From NCBI GenBank assembly GCA_951406725.2, contig OX597814.1:20336001-20400000 (forward strand): DNA of 64,000 nt, given 5' to 3'. Of the stretch, positions 11,651 to 25,345 are shown piece by piece (the stretch's first letter is position 1; every line of letters begins with the position of its first letter). This DNA is from Octopus vulgaris. Lineage: Eukaryota. The notes under the pieces were generated by a model, which saw only the letters and a list, made by a program, of their open reading frames with translations, was not told where the DNA came from and searched no databases. Both the position numbers and the translations under genes were made by a program.

Positions 11651-12242
11651 CAAATTACTTGCTAAACATATTGCTAATCCTCTCTTTACTGACAGTATGT
11701 TTGGATATGGTTTATATTGCTTTCACTAGCTAATTATCAACCCTTAGTTTTCTGAGTGACCACCAGACTATAGATCATCACACTCTATTTTATTTTATAT
11801 TTTATTACAGAAATAGAAATTAGTTCAGCTATTTCTAGAAGAGCATGATGTCCTGTATGGTTTGATCTTAGATCCATTTTCCAGAAAAAAATATAATAAT
11901 GAACAGGTAATGACATGAGTGCAGACTTTCTCAGCTGACAGGAGGTTACATTAGAAATTAATTTTTATTGACATGCATTGAGAAACCTAAATATATTGCT
12001 AGACACGTTTTTGAATTACAACAGTAAGCAACAGAGTCTTATGTTGGAGGATCCTTGCAACAGATATACACTTCCCAAGTTAATGAATATCTTGCTACAT
12101 GCAGTATTGCATTTAATGAAGTTACTGATCTTGCCAAGGATAAAGAGTCAACAGTGAAAGCTTCACCATTGTCAAAGGCACAATATCTTTTATGTTATGA
12201 AATCGATCAATGGAAATTGATCAATGGAAATTGCAGATGTGT

Positions 12243-12597
12243 TACCAGTGCCGGTGGCATGTAAGAGAACCTTCCGTTTCGCGACCGTTGCCAGCACCGC
12301 CCCGTTTCGTGTCCGTTGCCAGCCTTGCCTGGCCCTCGTGCCGGTGGCACATAAAAAGCACCATCCGTTCGTGGCCGTTTGCCAGCTCTGTCTGGCACCT
12401 GTGCGGGTGGCACGTAAAAGCACCCACCACACTCACGGAGTGGTTGGCATTAGGAAGGGCATCCAGTCATAGAAACACTGCCAGATTTGACTGGGCCTGA
12501 TGAAGCCTTCTGGCTTCACAGACCCCAGTAGAACCGTCCAACCCATGCTAGCATGGAAAATGGACGCTAAACGATGATGATGATGATGATGATGATG
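12243..12597 (+). mobile_element. RTE 3'-UTR-derived retroposon (family C)
   Basis: repeated gtgccggtggcac-taaaaagcacc units, aggaagggcatccag, catgctagcatg, (GAT)n tail. Confidence 0.85.
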
Positions 12598-12947
12598 AAT
12601 ACCTTCTATAGAAACAAAAGATTTCCAGATAGAAGAAATTAAAACAGGAGGAAGAGGAAGTGAAGGGGAAGCAGGAGAGGATGTTCTTTTAGAAATCTGA
12701 ATATATTATTTTGAGAAGAGAATGAAAGGGTTTAATCTTTTCAAATCCATATTTACCGAATGAACTTTTTATCGTTACTAAATTTAGCCAAAGCTAAAGT
12801 AATAGAGAAATGTTAAACTTGATTTTTGTTTTAGGTATTTCTAGTAGTTTTTATGTTAATGATAAGATATGGAAGTGGTTCTTGAAACAAAACTAAATTT
12901 TATTAAATGCAATTTTCATAAATATAAATTTCTTTTGTGTTTTTCAG

Positions 12948-13034
12948 GGTATCCTGGAGGCTTTGGAGCATGCTCTGAAATCAGGTTTTAAACCTAAAAG
13001 ATCTTTCTTTGTTGCATTTGGACATGATGAAGAG
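12948..13034 (+). CDS. PM20D1: PM20D1-like exon 3
   Basis: ttttcag|GGT; GILEALEHALKSGFKPKRSFFVAFGHDEE (catalytic DEE motif); GAG|gtgtgt; phase 0-0. Confidence 0.95.
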
Positions 13035-13847
13035 GTGTGTATTTATCTTAATTGATAAATGAAAGGTATAAAATATTCCCTCCAGTAATTAAGCTTTTAA
13101 TACCAACCCACCCAAAATTGCCTTTGGTTCCATGATACAAACTTTCCATTTTAAAGTGATCTAAATTTAAATTTTCTATCAAATTTCATGCTAATTTATG
13201 TTGCAAACACCAGCTTAATAAGGGAAAAGTTATTTTGCTAAATCCTTTGTTATTTTGAAAATTAATTAAAACAAAAGTTGTGTATTTCAATAGAAGTGCA
13301 GTAATGGAAGGGCTAATATTCTTCATATAGAAACAGCACAACTCTGGACTAAATTTCAGCTCTTACTACATTCAGAGTGCACTTCAATTTTTCTTGGGCC
13401 AATTATACAAGCACCAGTAATATACTGAAATTGGCTCAGTTTGCTACAGCTACGTCCATACAATATTTGGCCATGTGTCTGAGTAAAAAAGCCAACATAG
13501 AAATGTTTTCAATTTAAAGTTGCACACGTTGGGTTCCTTGATACCACTGATTTATGTCTTCAGCCTTACTAGATTATGTGCAGTATTCTACCAAATATCT
13601 TTTGTAGGTAAATAAGATGAAGATAGACAGATATATTTTAGTTATTCTGAAAAGCACATGACAGTGTAGCCTATATTGTTTTCATAAACATTATGGTATA
13701 TATTGTCCAACAACATAATCACTAAAAACAACAACAAAAGACATGGCTTTATCAGATGATAATGATTTTTTTTTTTTTTTTTTTTTACTGTAGATAAATG
13801 GTGTTCTTTTTTAAACTAATTAATTCTATGATCATCTCACTATTTAG

Positions 13848-13978
13848 GTTTCAGGTTATGATGGAGCATTTCATATAGCTCGGACTCTTGAAAGACGAGG
13901 TGTTAAACTGGAGTTTCTGTTTGATGAAGGTCTCATGATAATCAAAGATTTTTTTAAAGGTTTACCGCCTGTTGCTAT
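13848..13978 (+). CDS. PM20D1: PM20D1-like exon 4
   Basis: tatttag|GTT; VSGYDGAFHIARTLERRGVKLEFLFDEGLMII (DEG motif); AT|gtaagt; phase 0-2. Confidence 0.93.
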
Positions 13979-14099
13979 GTAAGTTTATTTACAAATCATT
14001 CTTTATTTACCTATTTTTGAGGTAGTGTGTTACCTCAAAATATTTTAAATATTTGTTATTCTCAAAGATAGTATCATTGTCTATACATACTTGTGATTT

Positions 14100-15550
14100 G
14101 CATGCAGACAACTCAGACATATTTCATCTTTTTCTCATTGTCAAACTCATGCTTATTGGCTCGTTCAACCACAACCAAAACAAGGCTTCCCACCACACAT
14201 CCACACTGCACAACAATCTAGAACCCAATGGCACATTAAGTCAGCTAACTAGTTGGAAATCTACAAGTTTTACTCTATTACTGATCATAAATGTACTTCA
14301 CCTGGCTCATCTGAGATAGCAAAGCAGGTAGCAGGAGCTGTCTGCTTATATATATCCCTTTAATCCTTCACTCAACCAAAATACATAGCACCAAATCCCA
14401 AAATAATTCAATTGTACTACAGCGATACAAGCAAATGAAAAAAAAGAAACACCCTGTAAACATGGTAAAAACCCACCCTCACCACAAGCTATGTTGCTTT
14501 TACTCACCACAGCAACTTATGCAAGACTCATCCAAAAAGTAAAATATGCTTTGGAGCAATGCACAGCATTCAAGCCCTCTAATCTTCCAAATTACAGTTT
14601 ATTCTTCAGATTAATAGATCATTACCAACCTTGTGGAATCCTCAACATCATCATCCATCTAAATGTCTCCTTAAACAACAATCTTGTAGACTTTTATTAC
14701 ATTTATTGCTCATTTTCCTTTCAACTTTACAATGCACACACTCAGTAAAACTCCTCAAAATCTTTCTTTGTCCTCTCCCCCTGTCACACTAACACCAACT
14801 TATACCAAGTGCAAAAATGCTTCTGGTTACATTAGATCAATAAGGCCAAACCTTCTGACAATGATCAGTGCCATTATCCTCAAATGTTAACCCCTGTCCT
14901 CACCAAACCCTTCAATATTTGTCTTTCTGTAAGGATCCCAATATTTGGAAATATATAATAGTCCATCCAATGCTTAATAAGGGAAACCTCTCTGCATCTA
15001 CAATATATCAACCTGCTGCTCTTTCAACATCTCAAAGATGATGAAAACAATCATTCTCTCTAAAAACTTGAATATCACTCAATCTTCAGTGATCTCCTAT
15101 CCAGCTTTAGAGAACTAGATCTACTGGGACCAACTCTACTAAGTCACCAATGGTCACTCCTCCTCTTAGGAAGTTCAGTGAAAGCAATAAAGTTACACTT
15201 GACATCTACAAGTCCTCCAACTGTGTTCAATATTAAACATTTTCTCTCTATGTTGCTTATTTTTATGCTTCATCTTTTTCTCATCTCTTGAAATGGAAGG
15301 TTCCCGTCAGCTTACACTATCACAGCATGCATTAAGGGGTTCTCTGCGAACTATGTTATATTGATCTGAGTGTGCTCTAATGTTTGGTAAATCAAGACCT
15401 AGAAGATATCCTCTGATGAGAACATGACAACCTCATCTTATTCAGCAGTACCAAAACACAACCTCTGCTTATATTAAGAAAACAATCTTACCCTATTTCA
15501 TCACAAATAACTTGCAAATAAAAACCTTCAAAATCACTGCAAATGCTTGA
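14100..15550 (+). pseudogene. highly decayed CR1/L2/Jockey-type LINE
   Basis: remnants of the WK...V.P...KG...Y.P..L...SKMM RT-proximal motifs near 14940-15050; many stops and frameshifts. Confidence 0.45.
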
Positions 15551-16038
15551 ATTCCTGAACCTTTACAAAACACAACTCAGACCTATAATAGAGTAATATT
15601 CGCAAATATGGAACAGTATAACTAATACTATTCCTCCGAGTGGTTGTGTGGTAAGTTGCTTTTCTGCACGCCAAACTAATACACCTGCTTGTTGTTCAAG
15701 ATTCACCCAGTTGATACAGTCTGACTTGACTGAGCATACATCTTGTTTTGGGGTTGAAGTTGTTCGACTAAAATTCTTCACGGCTGCAATCTAATGACTG
15801 AAATCAGTGAAAAATAAAAACAAAATATGGAATTAATCTGATACTGCAACCATTTCAGGATATATTTGAGAACTTTAGCAAATCATTTGTGGTTAAATTC
15901 TGTACATGGAAGCATGTATATAATTTTACAAGTTTTGGAGTTCTTGTTTAAAAAAATTTTCAAATCTTTACATCGAATTTTCAAGAGATATGCTTTTTTT
16001 CTGATCTAATCATTGAATATTTTCACTTGGTTTTGTAG

Positions 16039-16158
16039 GATTGGTGTTGTTGAAAAGGGTCAAGCAATTGTGAAACTTTCTGTCAATGGAACAGCTGGTC
16101 ACTCATCAGCTCCTCCAACTGAATCTGTCATTGGCATTTTGTCTGCTGCAATATGCAA
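16039..16158 (+). CDS. PM20D1: PM20D1-like exon 5
   Basis: ttttgtag|G; IGVVEKG...[19 protein letters not shown] (EKG and GHSS motifs); AA|gtaagt; phase 2-2. Confidence 0.95.
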
Positions 16159-16829
16159 GTAAGTAACTTACATGTATACTTTGTTTTAATGATGAAGAAG
16201 TTTGCTTCAGAAGTACAAGGTTCCTGAGGAAACCCCACTGTATGGCATCTTGGACAAATATTGTATTCTATGGCTTTGAGTTGATCTAAAACTTGTGAGT
16301 AAAACTGGGTATATTGAAATTTCATAAAAGCCTGTTGGATGAATTGTACATCCTACATGCTGTTCAGAGTTTGCCTCTTGTGACTGTCACTTTTTTTGAG
16401 CTCTCAAACATTCATTATGAGGTTATTGATTAACTACAGACAAAGAAGCACAGGAGGTGGTGCATAAATGCTTGTGTGACCAGCCGAAAAACCTTCTCTG
16501 ATAGAATAAGCAAGCTTGTGGACTGCTAGTAGAAGTGCATCAGAGAGCAAGGTGACTATGTTGAAAAATGATAAAATAATGTCATTATTTAACCCCTGCT
16601 TTTGTTTTGATAAATTACAGAAACAAGAGTGCATATAATTTTTGACTTACACTTGTCATCATCATCATCGTTTAATGTCTGCTTTCCATGCTAGCATGGG
16701 TTGGACTGGTATATAGTTAAAATTTATAGAAAAACAATAGACGAAGACAGGTGTATGAACAACAAGCAGGTGTATTAGTTTGGCATGCAGAAAAGTGAGA
16801 AAGTCTTTTATATTATATATATCATTTGT

Positions 16830-17255
16830 AAAAAAACATAAATCTAAAAGAAGCACTGCAAAACTTATATAGGATAGACACCTTAGATTATAATAGACTA
16901 CTAGAAAATAATGTCACACAAAATTATAGTCATACTTCCCTCACACATAATGACATCAACAGTGAAGCCAAAGAATTAGGTAACAAACTAGAGATAGTGG
17001 ATAGGGTAGAGATCCTAGCTAAAAGAATCGCCTTCATTACCATAAAAGATCATAAACAGAATTTTGCCTCAAACCCTAAATGCTGCTTGATCAATCCAGC
17101 CAAATCTGAGATTGGTCTGGCAAGCAAGCACATTTTGAGAAATATCAGTAACAACATAAGGAGGGCCACCAACCTTTTCCTGTGGTGCAACACCAACGAA
17201 GTGATCACATGGTTTAACACTAACAAGAGAAGAGGCAGAGCAAGGTTCACCCAGT
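16830..17255 (+). mobile_element. Penelope-like element fragment (RT N-terminal part)
   Basis: AFITIKDHKQNFASNPKCCLINPAKSEIG...LW.NT.EVITWF. Confidence 0.7.
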
Positions 17256-17289
17256 GACTGTGAAGACCTGGCAAATTAAGTGAGTTCAT

Positions 17290-17635
17290 GGCTGTATCCT
17301 ACACCAGTTTCGCATAACCAACCCCAGCTCATTCAAAAGTACCTTGGATTGTAGGGCGACCTGCTGTGCTTGAGGAGACCTATTGAGTCAAGTACATCAA
17401 CATCAAAATAAAAATCAAATGGAAATTTTAGTTGTGATACCCGTGCTGGTGGCACGTATAAAGCACCATCAAGTGCCGCCTTGACTGGCTTCCATGCCGG
17501 TGGCACATAAGAAGCATCCACTACACTCATGGAGTGGTTGGCATTAGGAAGGGTATCCAGCTGTAGAAAGGCTGGCAGATCAGACTGGAGTCTATGTTAG
17601 TATGGAAAATAGACATTAAACAATGATGATGATGA
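17290..17635 (+). mobile_element. RTE 3'-UTR-derived repeat (family C)
   Basis: ggtggcac units, aggaagggtatccagctgtagaa, (GAT)n tail. Confidence 0.8.
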
Positions 17636-18001
17636 TATAAATAATGTGTATGCATAAACCGATTATAGAACAGAATAGTTATAGATTTAAAGTTATGAAT
17701 TTACAAAATTTCAGTTAGATTATTTGCTTATTTGTGATTAAGCTTGTTCACATAACACCTTTGTAAAGATTTAGAAATTATAAATATTTTCATTTGATAT
17801 TTTTTGTCAAATAGTTAAAAAGGTATGTTAATCTGATGAAGCATCATTACATATTTAAATAGATTTGGTTATTCTTGAAAAACTTCATTTTATTCATGAA
17901 GCAGAAACAGCTGTAATTGATGGGATGTGTCATTTGTTTGTATAAAATATTTAAATTGAATTTATGATTTTTCAATTTATTGTTTTGTTTTTCTACTATC
18001 A

Positions 18002-19127
18002 GAACTTGAGAAGTTTCAGGTGTAGAAGAAAGAATTAGAATCTATGGGCCTTAGAGTCAACCTAGCTAAAACCAAAGTCTTAATTAGTAGGAAGGCAGAC
18101 AAACCACAAATCCCTTCAGGAAGATGGCCCTGTAGAAAAGGCGTAGATAGAAACTCCATAAGATGTACCCAGTGTAAGCTATGGAACACATAAGAGGTGC
18201 AGCAATATTAAAGGAAGGCTAACTGGGAAGATAGTTTTTGTATGTGGCAAATGCTCAGGAGCAATGAACACTGAAAATCTGCAGAGAACAGCTTCTGTCA
18301 CATTCCAGGAAGAAAAGCTACAAGTAGTTGATAGCTTCCGTTACCTAGGTGACCAAGTCAGTAGCAGGAGTGGATGCTCTGGAAGTGTAGCTGCTAGAAT
18401 AAGAATAGCTTGGGCAAAGTTCAGAGAGCTCTTACCTCTGCTAGTGACAAAGGGCCTCTCGCTCAGAGTAAAATGTAGTCTGTATGACACATGTACGAAC
18501 AGTCATGACTAGTGTCCGAGACCTTTGGAGATATGCTGTGGCCTATGCCAGTGGTGTATAACCAGCCCATTTATGATACCCTTCATTCATTGGACAATAA
18601 ACTTTGCTTGCAAAAACCTGTTGAGGCAAGTGAAAACAAAATCGCTGATGTGGCCGATGACAGTACCACCTGATTGGCACTTGTACTAGTGGAATGTGAA
18701 AAGCGCCATCTGAGTGTGATCGGTGCCAGGGCCGCTGACTGGCTCCCGTGCTGGTGGCACGTAAAAAGTACTATTTGAGCATGATTGTTTCCAGTGTCAC
18801 CTTACTGGCACATGTGCTGGTGGCATGTGAAAACAACATTCAAGCATCATTGTTGCAGTGTCGCCGGACTGGGTCCCGTGCATGTGGCACGTACAAAACC
18901 CCTTTTGAGCATGGTCATTGCCAGTACTGACTGACTGGCCCTCATGCCAGTGGCATGTAAAAGCACCCTATACACTCTTAGAGTGGTTTGCATTAGGAAG
19001 GGCATCCAGCTGTAGAAACTTTGACAGATCAGATTGGAGCCTGGTGCAGCCTTCTGGTTCGCCAGTCGTCAGTCAAACAGTCCAACCCATGCCAGCATGG
19101 AAAGTGGATATGAAACAATGATGATGA

Positions 19128-19130
<3 letters not shown>
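18002..19130 (+). mobile_element. 5'-truncated RTE LINE with repeat-array 3' UTR
   Basis: LESMGLRVNLAKTKV, Cys-rich segment, VVDSFRYLGD...RIRIAWAKFRELLPLL; several gtggcac units; (GAT)n tail. Confidence 0.85.
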
Positions 19131-19158
<28 letters not shown>

Positions 19159-20370
19159 CTAGCAGAAAGACCACCCTCCGGGCGGTTTTCTGCTTGCCCC
19201 TTGATAATATTTTTACATTTGATACCCAATTTTAATGATTTTTATATTTTATGTTTAATTATTTCTTTGTATAATAGTGCTCACTTGCTTAGTAAATATT
19301 ACTTTCATTATTTTATCACAGTCATAATCTCTCTCTTTTAAACAAACATCACGGTAGTCCAACAATAGAGGGAGAAGCAATTTGTCAAGTTTTACCTTCT
19401 CCTCAAAGCAACATAGAGATTACATTTCTGCAGCCCATCTGTAATCTTTGCAGTCTGTGTGTGTGTGAAAGAGAGAGAGAGAGAGAGGGAGAGAACATTA
19501 CAAACAAGGAATGAAATAAACATGAAATGAAAAAATTGTATAAATAAAAGGGCATTACTACAGATGTATATGCCCCGACTTTGTTGCCTCATAACATTCA
19601 GAAAAATGGATATTTTTCACAAAGTTTTCTACAAATACCGCTTAGATGTGGTGGCTTCAAAGTATATAGGGATTTATGGGAAATAATTTTTCCAAGGAGT
19701 TGGAGAGAGGAGTCTTGGAAAATTCACACGATCTGACCTTTTTCTCTCATAACTTTCAGGTAAATGGGTATCTTTCAATGAAAATTTATACAAATCCCAG
19801 ATCTTTTTGGTTTGAACAGCAGTTTTTAACATAATTTCTAGGTAACTAAAAAATTTTAAACTTCGTATACTGGTAGAATGTCTGTATAAAACATCTTTTT
19901 CTCTTGGCTTTATTGAGAAAATTCTATAGTTTGTAAGATATTTGTTGTTTTTTTTTCTTCAATTTCTGCAATTTCAACCAATCAGTGACGTCCATTGAGG
20001 TAAAAACATTCTGTGCTGTATGAATATGTCCCTCGTTTAAGAAACAGATTGGGTTTATTTACGTTTGTGAAGAAAAAAAAATACCCTTCACCCCCACCCC
20101 TAATCCTAACCCTAAAACAGATCGATACTAGGGTCATAATTATGGGTGACAATTTCATATGACACCACTAGAAAAAACTGCCGTTCAAATTGAAAAGACC
20201 CCAAATCCCTTTCTTAAAGAAATTTGTGGGGAAAATCCCCATTTTATTTTTAAACCACAGCCTTCAAAATGATGAGGTTGGAGGGGGGAGGGGGCATCCT
20301 TGTATGAAAATAGTTTTGATGTTTGTGTGTGTGTGTGTGCGTGCATGCATATTACATTCTTTTATTAGTC
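19159..20370 (-). mobile_element. probable Helitron-type element hosting a MITE
   Basis: ctag followed by hairpin gcagaaagaccaccctccgggcggttttctgc; right boundary approximate. Confidence 0.45.
19799..20201. mobile_element. Merlin-like MITE with internal CCCTAA tract
   Basis: ~29-bp imperfect TIRs (tttgaacagcagttttt / aaaaactgccgttcaaa); exact 8-bp TSD caaatccc (19791-19798 / 20202-20209). Confidence 0.8.
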
Positions 20371-21823
20371 CCTCCTCTGCTTTGTTATCGTGAATTGTGT
20401 GATGGCAATGCATAATCGTCCCCACTTTAATAATACTTGGACCTGGATTTGTTAATCATAATTGATTGTTATTTATAATCACTACTATCACCATGACAAC
20501 AGCATCACCGCCATTATGACTACCGTCACCACCATTATGACTACCATCGCCATCATCAGCAGCAGCATTATCTTCATCATTTTACATTTGTTTTTCCATG
20601 TGGTTTGGACAAGTCTGTCCCAACACAGCATCTTATCAATATGTTACTGCATTTCATACATTGAACAATAGCAAAAATTACTCATCTTTGTTGCATTTGT
20701 CATTCTTTAGCATGATTTTTTTTTTTTACAAATGAATCCTCTTTCTATCACCAATCACTTCACAGATTAGACAGGGTACATTTTCTTACGTCATTGACAC
20801 TTAAGATTATCTGAGAAAAGCAAAGAGTGTCTTCCCTACTATACATTCTATAAGCAATACAGTCATGTTTATCAGTGCATGAGAAGTAGAGGGAGGGTTG
20901 CTCAACCAACCGAAGAATTGATTGTTTATATTCCATTGTTGTCACTGCACAAAGTAACTATGGCAAAAATATTTGATGCCCATTAAACCAGCTGTCCATA
21001 TTGCTATGAATAGATTATTTTACATTGTAGCCCACTTATGGGTGCAGCAGAAAAAAATACAAGCCAACAAGGGAGCCTCTGTACAACTTTATGATATGCT
21101 AGAAAGAACACCCAAATCTTTCTTAAAAGCATTCTACCATCTTAAAAAAGAAAGGACACATTAGATAGTATTGCCATAGCTATATAAAAAGTCATTACTG
21201 GAACTCCTTTGATTGCAGATCTTTTTGATAATACATGATTTGGTGCTTAACAACAGTAAATATTACTAATTTTTGATGATTTTAGAAATGTTCATCCATC
21301 GCAGATCACTATTGTCAATAATGCCTCAGTCACATTCACCAACAAACTTTTTAAGTTGATAAATTCCAAGTTTTTCCTCCTAAAATGTACAGTAGTGCCT
21401 GACCAACTTGAGTTGCCAGTCAGCAATCTGTTACTGTATTATGTCCAGGTCAGATTACAGTAAAGATCTATACATAGCATATAGCATATGTTCCTTTTAT
21501 CTTAAAGTACAACTTAAAGTCAGTTGCATATTTTAACACAGTAACATGCACATAAGCTCATCAATATTCTATTATACAATAAGCTCATTATCATCATCTT
21601 TACCACTACCATTACCATCATCATCATCATCACCACCACTACCATTAACAATATCATCATCATTGTTATTATATAACCAAAACATACAGGAAGAACATGC
21701 CCAAAATACTGTAAGGCCTTTATACCAGTAATTTACTATTTCTGCTTTTATTGATATTAATATCAATTTGTTAATTTCAAAGTAATTTGCTTTTTGTATA
21801 TATATAAACAATATTGTTTATAG

Positions 21824-21899
21824 CATTGAATCAAACCCACAACCCGATATGTTTGGTACTGGTGCAGAAAGAGCTAGTTTTGAACATCTTGCACCCAAG
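21824..21899 (+). CDS. PM20D1: PM20D1-like exon 6
   Basis: tttatag|C; IESNPQPDMFGTGAERASFEHLAPK; AAG|gtaaga; phase 2-0 fits neighbours. Confidence 0.88.
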
Positions 21900-22297
21900 G
21901 TAAGATTTTTAAGGTTCTATTTGCTGCTTCCTCTATTTTTTTTTTTTTTGACAAGGTTTAAGCTCCCAGTTCTCTTACGTGTCAGAATGAGAAGGGAGAA
22001 CTGTAGTTAATATATATATAAGCATAACTAAGTATTACATCCAGTAATGGAAATGAGTTTTGGGAACTATGAATACATTAAGGTCTCTGAGATATATACC
22101 ACAATTTCTATCACTCATAATATGACAATTATAGAAAGCTAGTTCAAACCTGTTACTCAACAACCAGATGAAAATATTTGCAAATCATGCATATACATTC
22201 ATAAATTGTGTGAATCATGTTTAGACTGACTTTCTTGGTGAACAGAATATAAGATAAGAAAAGATAAGATAAGAAGATTATACCTCATATAATATAT

Positions 22298-22543
22298 ATG
22301 GCACGTAAAAAGCACCATCCGTCCATGGCTGTTTGCCAGCTCCGTCTGGCACCTGTGCGGGTGGCACGTAAAAAGCACCCACTACACCCACGGAGTGGTT
22401 GGCGTTAGGAAGGGCATCCAGCCATAGAAACACTGCCAGATCAGACTGGGCCTGATGCAGCCTTCCGGCTTCACAGACCCCAGTTGAACCGTCCAACCCA
22501 TGCTAGCATGGAAGGCGGACGCTAAATGATGATGATGATGATG
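22298..22543 (+). mobile_element. family C retroposon
   Basis: same motifs as 12243 with (GAT)n tail. Confidence 0.85.
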
Positions 22544-23771
22544 ATATATATATAGTTACTTCTTTGAAATCTGTTTCCTTGTCTATATGTTGAAAGACAT
22601 ACAAACACACATGGACACACATATGAAAATAAATATATGAATGAATCCCACCCATGCCAACATGGAAGGCAGACGTTAACAACAATGATGATGATGATAT
22701 CATATATATTCATATAATCAATTTTTGAAGTTTGTATTCCAAATGTATTGACTTGTATTTAAAATTCCCATGTTGTTAACCAAAATTTGTTAGTTACTCT
22801 GGTGACAGTTCCAACCTATCTATGTATTTATCTTTCACACACACTGTCTCTTTCTCTTCTTCTTTCTCTCTCTCAACAACAATTTCTCCTCCCTTTCTCC
22901 TTCTCTCTAATAAATTTTGTGGTGGAGACAGACAATGGTGGAAACACTATCTATCTATCTATCTATCTCTCACACACATTCTCTCATGCACACACAAACA
23001 TTATTTCTCTCCCAACAACAATATTTTCTCCTCCTCCTCTTCTAAAAATACATTGTGGTGTATATTTTGATTCCTCCCCTGTTTTCCCTCCCTATTATAA
23101 TATAAGATATTTATGCATTCTACTTACATAGCATTTAGAACAGAAAAAAGAAACACAAAGGTCTTGTGATTCAATTTAACTGAGAAAATATCATAACAGT
23201 TTGGTTAAAAGACAGAGAATTGATAAACCTTACTGATAGAAGAGAGATTTTCTTCTATATGAAAACTAAATTGAATTTAGTTTGTTGGTTTGATATAGTG
23301 TATAGTAGCATAAGAATTTGAACAACTCAAAAAGGATTTCAGAAAATGAATATAAAGGAGTAATACTATACATCTGGTCAGCTCTCAAATCATAGTAAAA
23401 TAGACATTAAACTTAACTAACTAGTTAATCATTATAATCATCAGCATAATCCATTTCCATGCTAGCATGGGTGGGATGGCTTGACAGGAACTGGCAAGGT
23501 TAGGGCTGCACCAGGTTCCATAGTCTGCTTTGACTTGGTTTCTACAGCTGGATGCCTTTCCTGACACCAATCACTTTACAGAGTATTCTTGGTGCTTTTT
23601 ATGTGGCACCCGGTTATTTTAATGGCTTTGCAATGAATGACATAATTATTCAGCAGTCACAATTTTGTTTTAGTGTATTATGAAAGAAAGGACTTTTAAG
23701 GCAACAAAATGTCAAGACTAACAGTAACTATCAGTTAAATATAATGATTATGGTTTTATATTGACAATGTA

Positions 23772-23962
23772 TTGGTTTCAAATTTTCGCACAAGTCCAGC
23801 AATTTCAGGGGATAGGGTAAGTCAATGGTACTTGTTTTATTGACCCTGGTAGGATGAAAGGCAAAGTTGACCTCGGCAGAATTTGAACTGAGGGTGTAAA
23901 GACAAATGAAATACCACTAAGCGTTTTGCCCAGCATGTCAATGATTCTGCTAGGTCACCACT
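23772..23962 (-). mobile_element. SINE family B copy
   Basis: ggatgaaaggcaaagttgacctcggcagaatttgaact. Confidence 0.75.
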
Positions 23963-24261
23963 TAGAGATTGACGATATATTAATTTTATGTTTCTGTACA
24001 AAAGGAAGGTATTACTCTGGTTAACTTTAGCAGCATCCACCCTCATGTAAGCATTCAGGCCAAATCTATGGTTTGAGGATACCTTCTTCTCTCCCTCCCT
24101 GCTACCATTCTCAGAGGCTGTGGAAAAAGTCTCTTGTGATAAAAAGATAAAAATAAATAAATCTCTTGATAAAAAGATAAATAAATAGTGTGAAATTTAG
24201 TGATTGAATGTATCAAGATTAATGTAATTTTATCATTTTATTTTTATTTTATTTTAAACAG

Positions 24262-24323
24262 TTGCCTTTCATACCTCGTGTTTTACTGTCCAACCTTTGG
24301 TTATTCAGACCTCTTGTGTCATG
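24262..24323 (+). CDS. PM20D1: PM20D1-like exon 7
   Basis: aaacag|TTG; LPFIPRVLLSNLWLFRPLVS (NLWLF motif typical of PM20D1); TG|gtgagt; phase 0-2. Confidence 0.9.
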
Positions 24324-24904
24324 GTGAGTTTTCCAAACCAGTTATATATTGGAATTTTTATAAAAATATAGTTATTTCATTGTGTAATTGTAGTTACTCA
24401 GTTTGTAATTTTCCCAGTTTTACCCTGAAACAAAATAGGTTTCAGAAAATTTTTTTTTTTCATTTTGGTTTGCAAAAACTGCTACCTTTTTAATGTCTTT
24501 AAGATACATTTATTCCCCTTTTGTGGCAAACATCTTATTCTAGTTCTTAAGAGTCTTTTAATTACTTCCAACCATGTATTATGTTAAGGATATTTGTAAT
24601 TCCATTGTTGACAATTTGGCTTCTGTTGTTTACAAAAACAAAAAAATTAACACAATAAAATTATTGTATTAAAGATATAGGCATTTACGTATTTTCTTAA
24701 TCATTTCATTATACACAACTATATATTTCAATCTATTGTTATACCTGAAAATATGTGAACAGTAATTAATTTTGTTAAAATTTCACATTGGAATAAGAAA
24801 TTCTCTTGTGTAAAAACTTGTATAAAAAATGGATTCGTTGGATATAAAGACAGATGAAATGATAGCTATCTACTCAAGCCTACTTATTTTATGTCTCACT
24901 TCAG

Positions 24905-24983
24905 GTTTTTGTCTCGCAAACCAGCAACAAATACTTTCGTCAGGACAGCAAGTGCTGTGACCAGATTTAATTCCGGAATTAAG
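24905..24983 (+). CDS. PM20D1: PM20D1-like exon 8 (GC donor)
   Basis: cacttcag|G; [26 protein letters not shown]; ends AAG|gcaaat so that GIK joins DNVIP of exon 9, restoring the M20 G.K.NVIP motif. Confidence 0.85.
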
Positions 24984-25013
24984 GCAAATATTTTTACAAC
25001 TTTTTTTCTTATG

Positions 25014-25230
25014 GAGCTCTGTCTGGCACCTGTGCAGGTGGCACGTAAAAAGCACCCACTACACTCACGGAGTGGTTGGTGTTAGGAAGGGCATCCAGCC
25101 GTAGAAACACTGCCAAATCTGACTGGGCCTGATGAAGCCTTCTGGCTTCACAGACCCCAGTTAAACCGTCCAACCCATGCTAGCATGGAAAACGGACGCT
25201 AAATGATGATGATGATGATGATGATAATGA
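25014..25230 (+). mobile_element. family C retroposon ~30 nt downstream of the exon 8 donor
   Basis: ggcacctgtgcaggtggcacgtaaaaagcaccc...(GAT)n. Confidence 0.85.
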
Positions 25231-25345
25231 AACATAATAAAATCTTTCAGTAGGGGTAGAGCACAACGAGGATGTTTTAATGCATTTTTGACTTGGATGA
25301 GAAATTTATTTTTTTATGATTGTTACAAATGAATTTTTTTTTATC

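Noticed and set aside
15412-15450. CTGATGA as a possible hammerhead core
   Set aside because: No properly placed helix II/GAAA; it lies in a decayed LINE RT region
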